Shown here one piece after another: positions 51,501-63,839 of a stretch of DNA of 64,000 nucleotides (the first letter of the stretch is position 1; each line of letters opens with the position of its first letter). The DNA is from Microthyrium microscopicum (Eukaryota): the NCBI GenBank assembly GCA_010405405.1, contig MU004236.1:1804070-1868069 (forward strand). Direction: 5' to 3'. Below the pieces are notes generated by a model, which saw nothing but the letters and a program-made list of their open reading frames with translations, was not told where the DNA came from and did not search any database. The translations under genes were made by a program, and so were the position numbers.

Positions 51501-53706
51501 TCCTTAACCTCCTTTATAGTAAGTAGATATACTATAAAGCGTAAGGTACTAACGTCTAAAATAAATTTAGGAGGCACATAGGCTCTAAATATAGTAATAT
51601 TCTCTCTATTTTAAACTAAGAGAAATAAGAAGTAGATATAAAAATAATTATCTTATATAGGTAGACTACTAGTAAGTAGAGATAATAGAAAGTTATTAGC
51701 AATAAAACCTAGCTCTTAGTAAGGATTAAGTAGTTTAAAGCTTTCTAGGTAGATTCTTATAAGCTAGATAGGTACTTAAACTTATAACTAAGTATAGGAC
51801 ATAGGTAGAAGATAATTCTAAGAATAATAGTTAGTAGAAGTACAACTTATAAATAAAATATAAAAGAACCTATACTAAGACGCTAGATATTATTAGCTTA
51901 CTTTAGTATATCTCTAATATAACTAAGTATAGCGTAAATATAGAATACTATATCTAAGGCTATAGAATAGCTATAGCCTTCTAAGTAACCCTCTATACAA
52001 CGCTAAGTTATAACGAAAGTATTATAGGTTTATTAATAACGTATTAACTCCTTATTATAGATATAGTACGCATTACTATACTAATAAAACTTAATAAAGG
52101 AACCTAAAGGCGTAATAACTATAATAAAACTTATAGGATTAAGAGATATAAAGTAGATATATAAGTAGATTAGGTTATTTACGATCTTATTAAAGACTAT
52201 AAGTACCTAAACAAAGGTTAATACGTAAGCTATATCTAAATTACTAATAAGATACTTATAATATTATAATAGTACTTTTAATAGGTATAGTAACAGTACT
52301 TAGTAAAGTTATCTTTATAATTATACGTAGTACCTTATAAGATATAGCTATTATTAAGACGATAATAGACTATATTATTAATAATATTCTATAAATATTA
52401 GAGGTAATATAGAAAAAGAAGTAAAGTAAGTATGGCTTAAGAGTAAGATATAATCTAAGTAATATTCTATAAAGGTACAAGTTAGTAAAAGAATTAGGTA
52501 AGTTACTTATAATATACTTACTATAAAGGCCTACTACTAAGTAGTCTAGGCTATAGAACCTAAGTCTATATCTTCTAGCTTATTAAGCAAGTTATCTAAC
52601 TTAGACTCTTTACTATCTAGAAATAATATATAAAGTAGCGCAAGAGTACCTTAGCAAGTAGATTACTTCTTAATTATAAAACGAGTAGTAAATAGCTACA
52701 AAAGCTCTAGTAATAGAGTATCTTTATAATAACGTTTTTTATTAGCCTAAGAGGCGCGCGAAATATAAGTTAGCTACGAAGTAAGGTTAGTAATTAAGTT
52801 AATTATAATAGTATTAAGAGGTACTTAGAGTAAGTAATAAAAGCTATTAATGCTACGTTAGGCTAAATGAGAAATGAATAGCAGATTAGTATTAGTAATA
52901 ATATAGCCTAAGGGTAATAAGACGTAAGGAGTTAATAAGCTTCTCTAAGGCTCTAAGAGAGCTACTTAGTTAATAAGTTAGACTAAGTTATAATTATATA
53001 ACTTAAGCCTTTTAAGGACGCGCTAAGGACTCTACGAAGTATAAAGAGTAGTAGAATGCTAATAAGTTATATACTTAGAAGATTAGCTACTACATTACTA
53101 AGATTATTAGAACTCCTAAAAGGTATAATATATTCCTAAAGAATAATTATCTAGGTTAAGGTTAACTAACTACTTACTCTCCTACGAATTATTATCGTTA
53201 ATAAAGTTATTATTACTAAAGGAATTAATGTTAATAAAGTCCTAATAGGACGAACTATTACTATATAAACTACTAAAATAATAATAGGAAGATATTATAA
53301 GAAAATAATTAAAATACTATTAGAACGTACGTTAAAAGGCTAAAAGTATTAAAAATAGGCAAAAAGAGTATAAATAGAATACGAAAAGGGTATAAATTAA
53401 ATTAAGAACTCTAAAGAAACATAGTTTTTAAAACTTTTAAAATTTTAGATAGGTAATATGCTTATAAATTACTTATAAGAAGAAGAGGTTATAGTATTAA
53501 GGAGATAGAGTATTATAGTCTTAAAATATTTTAGTATTATATATATACGCAATACCTTTATAATAAATAGAGTTATTATTACCTATATAATAAGTACTAT
53601 AGTAACTCTAAAGGTAAGAATACTATAAGTTAAGACTATACTTACTAAAAAAGGAAAGCATAATAGCTAAGTTATTAAGAGTAACTTCCTTTAAAAGAGA
53701 AGGCTT

Positions 53707-54024
53707 TATTATAGACTCCTATAGACTTGCTATAAAGGTATAAGCATTCTACTACCTCTTTGCTTTCTCTACTCTTATAGTACGCTATAGGAAGGCTCTT
53801 TACTAATAAACTACTAAATTAACGTAGATAGTACTTACCCTTTACTATAATAGGACGAAGCTAAATAGAGCTAAAGATAAGAAGGAGAGGTAGCCTTACT
53901 AAAGAGGAGATAGAGAGGAGTATAAGTAAAGGAGTAGACTTAATCTTTAGAAAGATTAAGTATTAGTCTTATCTTAATACTAGTTCTTAGAATCTATTTT
54001 CCTTGCTTTAAACTATTTTTTATA
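53707..54024 (+). repeat. 3' LTR
   Basis: Begins TATTATAGACTCC. Same length as the 5' LTR, differing mostly by C/T and G/A transitions. Followed by the TSD AATTC. Confidence 0.92.
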
Positions 54025-56641
54025 AATTCTAACTATTACTACTAATAATATCTTTTAAATTTTACTACTAATTATATTCTATAGAACTAAAAATAAGAAG
54101 AAGAGTTATATTAATAAGATAAAAGGCTTATACTACTATAATAATATTTATATAAAGTATAATAAGATAGCGTAGAATAATAATAAATTAATATAGTAGT
54201 AGTTAAAAGAGATATATTTAAAAGAAATAAATATAGCCTTAGAAGAGTATTCTAGTAGTCTTAATAGTCTTAATAACTCTAAAGATATTCTATAGCCTTT
54301 TATCTTAAGTAATTCTTTTCTTATATCTTCTTAAAATAGAAATATTTTAATACTAATTATAAAATTTAGAGCTTAATTTAATAATATCTTTACTATATTT
54401 TAGCTCTATTATAATATCTTTAATATCTTATACCTCTTTAATATCTATAATATCTATAATATCTACTTTTAATTCTTTTATTCTTATTATAAACGTCTTC
54501 TCTACTTATAAAATAGCTTCTATTAAGTAAATCTATAAAGATAATAATATTATTATTACTATTATTCTTCCTAATTATATATCTAAAATTTAACTATTTA
54601 ACGTTAGTATAAATAAGTTCTTTAATTAAATAGTTAAGAAACTATAAGATATATAGGCCCTTATATTTTACTAATAAGATTACTTTAAAGACTTCTCTAA
54701 TATAAAATTTATAAAATCTTTAGAATAAATAATATCTTAATACTACGTATTTATAATATATATTATAGAATAGGTATAAAATTAAATATATACTTATAAT
54801 ACTAAAGTTATTAGGCGCTTCTTTATAGCTATAAAATTAAATAACTAGTTAAGTACTATTATTATAGAAAAGAAGTATAATATTAGTATTAAAGATTTAT
54901 TAGTACTACTAGACTTTTTAAATTAGTATTTAATAAAGCTAGAATCTATTAAAGCTACTACTACTAAAGAGAATAACTAGTAAAAGAAGGTTAATAATTC
55001 TAAGATATATATACCTAATATTAGTAATAATAATAGTATAGAATATTATAATAAAAATAAGATTAAAAATACTAAAGATACTATAGATATTAAAGTTATT
55101 TAAGATATTAAAAATACTAAAGATACTACTATAAATATTAATTTAAATAAAGATAAAAATAATAGATTTATAATATCCTTTATAATAATAATAAATACTT
55201 TACTATAAAATTTACCTATACTTATTCTACTAAAGATATCTTTACTATTTATTATGCCTTAGCCTATTCTTCTTATTCTTCTAATTCTATAACCTCTTTA
55301 CCTTTAGAATTAGTATTTAATACTACTATCTAATATCCCTCCTTAAATTAAATTCTATAGTAAACTTAAAGAGTTAAATCCTATCTATTTTATATAGTAG
55401 AATATTCTTAAGTTACTAAAATAAATACTTAAAGACTAGTATTAATAGCTTTCTAAATAGGCCTATAATCCTACTCTAGAACCTATTTAAAATATTAAGA
55501 TAGAATATTTAATAGTAATATTCTATTAGTAATAAGACTTATAATATTAGTTATTTAGCATTAAATTAGATAGTATTCTTAATCTATAGTAAATCTAATA
55601 AAGTTAAGAAAATTATTAGTAATAACTAAGTAATATTAGTATTAAAAAAAGCGCTTTAATTTATATACCTATATATAATTCTATATTATCTAGTTCTTAA
55701 TATTTTAAGCTTTAAATATACCTATTTTAGTATTAGAATTCCTTATTTAAGATAATATAAAGTTAAATAGGATTATAGGGTTTATAATTACAAAAATAGA
55801 TTAGTAGTAATTTACTACGGAAGGCATTTTTACATAAACCACGCTAAAAACGCCATTAAACGCCCTCTCTCTATGCACGTCACATTGCTTATTTCACTGT
55901 TTTCTTACGGTAAGAGTATCAACTCAAGCTCTGTAGAGTGTTGGACAGCCGGATACCATACACGCCAAGTCCCAGGCTCCCTACGAGCTGGAATCCAGCC
56001 GAAATCCCACCATTATTGACAGGCCTTGATTACCATCTAAAAACGAAAAGGCTCACACTTTGTCCCAGCAGTCTGTAGCGCTTGCTGAATCATTGCCAGC
56101 CAAAGTGTCACTACTGTGGAAGACTGCCCCCGCGCTTCATCAGCCGCTCGCACCTGTTCCTTTCTGTCGGTTTTCTCAGTTTTTGTTGGAATTGCTTGCC
56201 CACGCGCAGCGGCCCAGTCGCTCTTCCGACGTCGTATCCTACTCTACGCTTGACCTCCCTTTTTCTCACTTCCTGACTTCTGACTGCTACTTTTTACGCA
56301 TCTACTGCCCGTTTTCATCCCTCTATTCTCAGTTCAAGCCCACAAGCCCATCGCCCGTCCTCATCCCGTGTCTCCTCTCCTCCATGTAAGTTCAACTCTC
56401 AAAACCCACTTCAGCCTCCCTTTCCTTCTCTCTTCTCTCAACATCTATCATTCAACACCCACCTATATATTCGCCGACCCAGCCACTGATCACCATCACG
56501 ACCTAAGCCATCCTTTCTGAACTAATTGGAAACATAGACAGCTTATTGGTACTTCCTTGCCGGGCCAAATGAACACACGTGTGTAACAATCAAAGGCACG
56601 CGCTCACAAGTTCCGCTGTCTTCAGCGGAACATTTCACACC

Positions 56642-58423
56642 ATGTTCAATGCCAACGAATCACAAACGCTGATGCTTCGTCCGAGGCAACAACAACAGCA
56701 ACAGCAGCAACAACAACCGCTACATCAACAACCACCACAGCCACAACGTTCTCCAGAGAGCCAATTACCTCGCGGAGAATGCAGATTCATAATTCCTGAG
56801 TTGGATACCGAAGGCAATCGCCAAAGGTGCACATGTGTCTCATATTGCCTCAACAAAGGTGTCCCGGGACTATTATGTGGTTGTGGTCATCAGGCATGGC
56901 ATCATGTCACCGAGCCCACCGGCGCCTTCGTCCCTGTTGCTGACCATCTTGCATTGATTGATCAATTCAAGAAACTCGAAGAGCACACAAGAAAGCTACA
57001 GGATGAGGTTGTGCGGGAACGAAAAGACCGGGATCGTCACCTTCGCGAACTTCAAAGTGTTCAGTTCAATGCTCTTGGCCAGTTGAGATATTACGTTGAC
57101 GATAGGATCGAAAAACTGCGGTTGCATGCTGAAGATAAGATGGAAGGCTTGGAAGATAAAGCAACCGAGCTTGCCGATATAAGAAGACAAGTGTCAGACC
57201 TTGACGAAATTGTCATGCGTCTAGAGGACAGGATCGATTCTGGAAAGCGGGCATCACGATCAATGACCCCACTCCTCGAAGGACAAAAGAGTCCTTCAAC
57301 TCCTCTTCTCCCCGAAAGAGTCACTGCCGAACTTCCCTTCCGGAGCGTAGCACAGTCTGAAGCTTGGGACGTCAGAGTGATACTCGTACCCTCCAAACAC
57401 ATCGCATTCGCCTTCAGCATAGACAGCCTTCCCTACCAGAGATGCCAAACCCGTGGCCTTCACCAAGATATACGGTTAAGAAACCACTCTAGCGAGACAT
57501 TTGTTGCCAGCGTAGAGAACGTTTTCATGGGAATTCTACGCCGACGACCATGGATGCCATTACAATGTCTAAAGTCGTCAGACATGTCTCTCTGCCAGCT
57601 TCGAAGTCGTGCCTTTGATCCTACATCCTGGGACTACGAGTTCCTTGAATCTCAGTGTATGGCTCATGATAAACTCCAAGGCGAGATCATATTTATTGCT
57701 TTGCAGCACGAAGAACTGAGCTGGGAGGAGATTCGGTCGCTTCCAAGCATATTTGGTGCCGATGAATCCTGCTGGGAGTATCATGAGGAGCTAGACAGCT
57801 CCAAGGCCAAGGATTCCATTGCCGCCGAAGACCGAATGGAAACCGAACGCTCACGACCTGCCGATACAGAGTCCATTATAAGCGAGTTCCCACCTCCGTA
57901 CACATCTCGCGCATCGATGTATTCACCGGACACTCCTCGTCAAGGTCCTCTACGCCAGAGCCCTCTCGATGTGCTCGCAGGTGCCGCTGCTGGCTCAACA
58001 GGTCTCGCGGCTCCCAGTATCTCGGAACGCAGCACATACTCTGCACCCAGCATAATATCAGAGCGAAGCGTCACCTCGATGGGTAGCATTGACAGCACTC
58101 TTGCTCTCTCTGAAGCCGATGAGCACCGCACCAAACGCACCAAACGTGGCATGTTCATGGTTCGTTCGCCTTCGCAGCCACATCTTGGATCGCCACCCGG
58201 GACCAGCATTCACTCGGCACCTTCTTCTCCCCCACAAGGTCAAATATACTACTCTGGACGGGCCAAGCGGAAGATCCAGCCAACTCAAAAGGTTCGCGAA
58301 CCAATGGACTGGCGCCCAAGTGAATTTTCACTCAAGAATATACTTCACCGCAACGACAGCAAAGAGAAGCGACCTTCGACGAGTGGAACCGGCTCCATCA
58401 ACCAATCCGAAATGTCTTCATGA
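56642..58423 (+). CDS. Conserved fungal hypothetical protein (poly-Q, Cys/His-rich motif, coiled coil, Ser/Pro-rich tail)
   Basis: Long uninterrupted ORF; PRGECRFI...RCTCVSY...LCGCGHQAWHH; heptad-rich segment. Likely ATG at 56642, after a probable 5'-UTR intron (GTAAGT 56386 to CAG 56625). Confidence 0.8.
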   Translation: MFNANESQTLMLRPRQQQQQQQQQQPLHQQPPQPQRSPESQLPRGECRFIIPELDTEGNRQRCTCVSYCLNKGVPGLLCGCGHQAWHHVTEPTGAFVPVADHLALIDQFKKLEEHTRKLQDEVVRERKDRDRHLRELQSVQFNALGQLRYYVDDRIEKLRLHAEDKMEGLEDKATELADIRRQVSDLDEIVMRLEDRIDSGKRASRSMTPLLEGQKSPSTPLLPERVTAELPFRSVAQSEAWDVRVILVPSKHIAFAFSIDSLPYQRCQTRGLHQDIRLRNHSSETFVASVENVFMGILRRRPWMPLQCLKSSDMSLCQLRSRAFDPTSWDYEFLESQCMAHDKLQGEIIFIALQHEELSWEEIRSLPSIFGADESCWEYHEELDSSKAKDSIAAEDRMETERSRPADTESIISEFPPPYTSRASMYSPDTPRQGPLRQSPLDVLAGAAAGSTGLAAPSISERSTYSAPSIISERSVTSMGSIDSTLALSEADEHRTKRTKRGMFMVRSPSQPHLGSPPGTSIHSAPSSPPQGQIYYSGRAKRKIQPTQKVREPMDWRPSEFSLKNILHRNDSKEKRPSTSGTGSINQSEMSS

Positions 58424-59439
58424 TACCCAGCTATTTAACGATCAGCTTCTTCCATCACCTAATGTTTTCATATTATCAAACCACGCAATACCATCTCTAA
58501 TCATCATATCCGCCAACATCCCACACCTCACAGATCCGACACATTACAATACATAAATCGCTCAAATGCGATACCAATCCTTCAGCAAATCCACCCTCGT
58601 TCTTTTGTCATCGATTCCAAACATTTTGTCTATGGTCACCGTTCAGCGACTCGTCTTCTTTCGAAAAGCATTGTTATGGAATATACCCGACCCGAAATGA
58701 CATCTCCTTTTCTCTACCTTTCAATATGGACTCAGCCCGCATGGCCCCCTTCACTTCGACTACCCAACAAACTTATAGACTACTTTATTTCCTATCGTCC
58801 CCTGGCCCGTCGGCCGCGGATCTCTACTGGCGAGTAGAAGTGTCACACTGGCACAAATCATGTACCCTTTTTCTCCATCCAAACCAACGCATTATCATGA
58901 ACTAAACCCATGTACCCTTTTTAGCGATTGGAACTTCCTTTTTTAAGCAGAACGTGGTAGCTTTGCTTATACACGCCGGATGGGATGAAATAGGCCGGAA
59001 AGGATATAGATGGTATATATGGAGGTTCAAGACCCTTACAATGACCAACCAAGCAGCTTGGTCATCGTGTGTCTGATTATGTATTTGTAACTAACGAGCG
59101 ACCGATTTATATGCCTTTTGCATACAGCTAGCTGTGTAAAAGGCTCTTTTTGAATATCTACTAGATAGACGCTGGTGGTTTCAATTGCAAATGTCGAAAT
59201 TTGTTACGTAATGGTTTTTGTAAATTGGTGTATATGTTACTCATGTCTCTGACAGCATGCTATGGAGCTTTTCCCACGCTTTGATGCTGCGTTGATTTCT
59301 CGCTTCATACAGGGTAAATCGGAGACCAAACTGGTATCTATGTCACTTTGACTTCAATCCCAGCTGCCATTCCTAGGAGTATCATCGTATTTCGAGGCAT
59401 GAAGTTTCCCTATCTCGTACGACATACCCTCCCTCGCGC

Positions 59440-61898
59440 TCACCACGTCTTGGGTCCAAACGTTTCGCCTTTCGGTACCTTGACCTGAATCGCCGTCTGC
59501 ATCTGATCCATTGTAGTCGGCACAACATCATTGCCCCTATCATAGTCGTTAGCACACATCGACCGCGCCCAGGAAAATTGCAAAATAAAACTTACCACCA
59601 CTTTGGCGCCTCAATGTTATTCATCGTAAACACAAAGAAAATAAACAACGTGCTAATCGCCAACCCCGTATCCAACCCACTCGCCGTCAAATAATTCAAC
59701 CGACTCCACCAGCGGAAATTCCGCGTCCGTATAACCTTCTGGAACACAAAGCCCACCACGCCCCACGTCAGATAGTTCAGTGGACTTGCGGGCGGTATAC
59801 TGCCTCCGCCGCCGAGAATTATGGGCGCCATGGCATATTTGATGGAGCTGCGTGGCCACTTCTTGGTCGCGTAGTAGAAGATGACTGGTAGCGCGGCGCC
59901 GATGGGGAAACCGATGAGGAGCGCGCTATATACTTGGCCGGGCGAGAAGATTCGTTGCGGGCCGAGGAGCCCCCAGATGACGCTGGCGGAGAAGAAGACT
60001 TTGGCGCCGGGGCAGGTGAAGTGTTGGGGTTGGGTGATGGTGCAGACTTCTTTGATGTTGGTGAGTGCGAAGTTGAGGACGAGGACTTGCACGAAGCAGC
60101 TGATGGTTGTCGCGACGACTTGGGCAGTGAACATGGTGCGGGGTGGGATTTTCATGTAGTGTCCGAACTTGAGGTCGCCGACGAATCCGAGGGCTTGGGA
60201 GGCGGTGATGTAGCCGTAGGTCTTGAACATCATGAGGGCGAGGGGCTTGCCGGGCTGCATGTAGCCCATGATGAACTCGGTGATGACGTTGAGGCCGATT
60301 TGCTGGTTGGTGATGGCTTGCACGATGCCGATGGGGAGGGTCATGATGGTGCTGAAGGCGACGGCGAAGAGAAAGGCCCACCAGGTGAATTCGGTGGGCC
60401 AGTGGAGGATTGTGACGAATGATAGACCGATCATTATCACGAATAGGCCCATGTACCACCAGGTGGGCGTCTCGGGGTACTTGAGCATGAGTTTCATGTG
60501 GATGTCATGGTCTTCGCCGCGCGATTTCTTGAATTGAGAAATGATTTGGTGTCGGTAATGGATCCAGGTGTACACAACGAGCGAGGCAATAGTCGCAAAC
60601 GACAGTCCGTATGATATGGCGAAAGTTGTCGACAGAAACAGAGGCGAGTATGCTTGATACGCGGCTTCATTGAGGGTCAGATTCTCGGTAACGACTTTCG
60701 TTATGTTGTAATTGAGTCCTGTGTTGTCGTATATCCCCGAATCTGATATCGGTAGGTACTTGCCATACCAAGCTCCACCGTAGTGGAGGGAGATGGCGCC
60801 AACAATGTAAAACAGGAATACGCCGACAAGGGTGTTGGCGATTGCGTGCCATGGTGGAATCATTGGATTGCCGACGAAACCTGCGATCTGGCTCCAGTCA
60901 AAAGTAATCGGGATCAGTGATAAACCTGTAGTGCCGCCAAATAGCTGATTGATAACTGGTCGTTGTGGATATATCCAAGTCATGAAAGCAAAAATGCTCA
61001 TGAACTGGGCCAAGAAGCCAGGAATGAAATAGTAGACGAAGGATCCAAGGAAGATGAGGCCAAACCACTTGTACCGAGACATGCTACCGCCGATGATAGT
61101 CGGGTCTGGTTCTTCATTCTTCTCGTGCATAGCATGCATAAGAGTAACACTGACAAGATTCGAAGGCCAAATCATGGCGGCCGGATACACCAGAAACTTT
61201 CTCAGCATTCCTGCGATTCCATATCCGAGACTCTGGGTTGTGATGACCAAGAGAAGTTGAAATCCAAGACCAAAGTTTTGCTTGTAGAAAGCAACTTGAG
61301 CCAGGATGATATCTGTGGCATACGCAGTACCGAATGATACACCGGCCATAACCACCACCACGCTGTGCTCCTTGACATTGAAGGGTCCAGGATTCAGGTT
61401 CCATTTTAAACCAAAAGTATTGAACTGTCTGTTTGGCAAGACCTTTGCCCATGCTGATCCTATTGCCCATGCAACAAGCTGTGCCACGATAACACCAACA
61501 CTGATTGCTGGATTACGAAGTGAGAAGAGTGTATTGACTGCGGCGCCGAAGATCGATAGTAATATTCCTAATGTCCAGGCTCGGATTGTGTTTGCTGGCA
61601 TCTCCTCATCGTAGTTGGGCACCGCGGCTCGGACTTCTTCGTACGGTGAGTCTTCTTCACCCTCTTTGGCCTTTTCATTCTCCTCCACAAACTCTTTCTG
61701 TATCACTGCTCCTTTCTTTTCTTCATCAGTCGAGATTGACGATACCGATCGTACTTCCGCTTCCGGCAAGTTAAGATCCCATGAATTTGGTCTGTGTCGA
61801 ATCTCTGGTCCAGTGACTTCTGTTGCCGGTGCCGGTGCCGATGCCTGTGTCTCCCTTCCCGTCACCTTACCGACCAATCCCTTGAAATTGGAAGTCAT
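59440..61898 (-). CDS. OPT-family small oligopeptide transporter (isp4/OPT-like)
   Basis: EEDSPYEEVRAAV, TIRAWTLG, NPGPFNVKEH, PAAMIWP and KFGHYMKIPPR motifs. One intron near 59537-59595; last exon GNDVVPTTMD...TFGPKTW*. Confidence 0.96.
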
Positions 61899-63119
61899 GA
61901 TGAAAAGCCGCCCCAGAAAAATACTAGAAATACAATCCTCGACCAGTGTCGTGCCCGACGACTCTAGTTCGATGGACTAGAATGTAAAATCAAAAGGGGT
62001 ATATCCAGAGACCTTAGCTCATGGCACCACGAAGAGAAAGAAAGTGCAAAGGAATAACAAGTGTACTATTCTACGACGAAAACATGATAGCGGTGGCAAT
62101 GGTAGAGAGAGCTACCACATGCAAGAAACGCGATCACCATTCATGGAAGCTTTGGGTATTGGCAAGTTATGAAAGTCGTGCAAACAAAACCGTCCAGCCG
62201 CCTGGCCAACGGTAGTCCGATTGACTCCATACAGCCTTATCTTACCAAATGAAATGATATGCGACTAGTGGAACTGGTGTTTCTCGCCCACCGAGGCTCA
62301 AGTAGCCGCATGTCATATTCATTGGGTTAATAGACGAACGCATTGAGATACAGAAAGGGGCTCTGACGACGTTTGCGTCAATCTTTTGGCAAACTATTTT
62401 CTTGGAGTCCAGACCGGGCTAGAAAGTCAGAAGTGTTCATCAGAGGTATCAGGGTTATGGCCGATATAATTGGTATGAGGCGAGTTGCTGAAACATCTTC
62501 ACGGGGCAAAACTGGTTCGATGCTGTATCATATGAGGAAACAATGATGCAGACCATTTCCCCGCTTGAAGCATAAACTCTGCAGAAAAATCACTGATAAT
62601 GCAGAGAAATCCCGTTCCACGTTTGGGTCAAGTTCTTTTCTTTGATCATGGCTAGTGCTGCGATGGGACATACCGACGACGATGTTTTATTTTCATGGAT
62701 ATCTGGACTTGAAATTTGCTGTGATCCTTGGAAATTAATGAGTAAAATTCCAAACGTCAAGCTGAGGCCGATGATAATTGAAGGGGAGTGTCTCTAGTAC
62801 TGAACGGATTGTAGTGACCCCGAGGTGATATCCCAATAGCGTTGAGTCTCGTTATCTCTTGAAATATAAGCGGGTTTGATTGTCATCGAGTTCCGGCCTA
62901 ACTCGAGATAAGAGATCTTGGTTTCCTGACTTGGGCTAAAGATTCAAACAAAACAATATGGCTGGTTTCTTCGATGGACAGTCAGTGAATGTCCCAATTT
63001 GTAGAAGCTACCATAGCGCGCCCTTGGGGTTCTGAGATACTCTGTCTTTAGTATGGCAAGCTTCGATAGATGTTATTTCGTGATAGGATTGTAGCAGACA
63101 TTCATTATCGAGATCTACC

Positions 63120-63640
63120 AATTTTATCTAGAATGTAATAGCATTACAGGCTATTAGATAGAAATAGCCTGTCCAAAAAGCTTAAAAAAGCAAAAAAAAG
63201 GCGCCTGTAGGGACCCGGAATTGAACTAGTGGCATGTGTATGCACTAACCGATTCGTAGTACATTATTTATCTTAGCTTACATTACATTACATCACATCT
63301 ACTAACCTACTTAGGCATAACACGCTTACTAATCTGCATAAATCTTACATATTATTTTTACTTATTCGCGCGAACTATAAATAGATATTACCTTTCTCTA
63401 TATAATATAAGCAATTTAAAGGACCTTTATCTAGCTTCTTAAATAAATATTTGACAGACTATCTAGTATAACATAGTATCTAGATAAATAGCTATTAAAT
63501 ATAAGAGAAAACTAGGCTACTAGTAAATTATATAAAATATATTTCTTAAGAGATATATAACTAATATAAAAGCTATTAGCGACTATAGAAGGGTGTTATT
63601 CTATTAATTATTTGCCATAATAGCAACAGAGTGTCTCCAA
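63120..63640. mobile_element. Short AT-rich, probably RIP-mutated repeat relic
   Basis: Local TpA-rich, CpA/TpG-poor composition like the 44-56 kb block; no ORFs. Boundaries are approximate. Confidence 0.5.
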
Positions 63641-63839
63641 AACCCTAGGGCGCGCTATGGTATTCCTACAATTCTGCTGGGTGGAATATCAACCATCAAC
63701 CATTGACCAACTAAGCACATTCCTAGCTCTAATAACAAGATCATTTACCATGATGGTACGATCTCAAAAAGAACTGCTGATGTAGCCCAACTTATCCGAT
63801 TCTAGTAACCATGTCGAACTCATCTCTTAAACAGCCAAA

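Larger units (their letters stand above)
45257..54024 (+). mobile_element. RIP-inactivated full-length Ty3/Gypsy (chromovirus-type) LTR retrotransposon
   Basis: Two 318-bp LTRs; TSD AATTC at 45252-45256 and 54025-54029. Mutated motifs in Gypsy order: zinc knuckle (TYYNYNLFRYYINKY, ~46620), protease (VLLDTS, ~46905), RT (YLNNIFIFS from YLDD, ~47960), RNase H (~48420-48560), integrase (EITIDFII ~49570; SIILDRGSIF ~49760), chromodomain (EE*KVKAIL, ~50480). Purine tract just before the 3' LTR. Confidence 0.95.
43899..55916. mobile_element. RIP-degraded TIR DNA transposon (about 3.2 kb without the nested retroelement); superfamily not determined
   Basis: TIRs 43901-43935 CTTACCGTAAGAAAGTAGTGAAATAAGTAATATAA and 55880-55914 (reverse complement CTTACCGTAAGAAAACAGTGAAATAAGCAATGTGA): 30/35 identical, all differences transitions. 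They coincide with the abrupt edges of the AT-rich block. Confidence 0.85.

Noticed and set aside
43899..55916. AT-rich block as mitochondrial insertion, centromere or Starship boundary
   Set aside because: Fully accounted for by TIR plus LTR structure with RIP-type changes; no mitochondrial genes or tyrosine-recombinase captain gene seen in the window.
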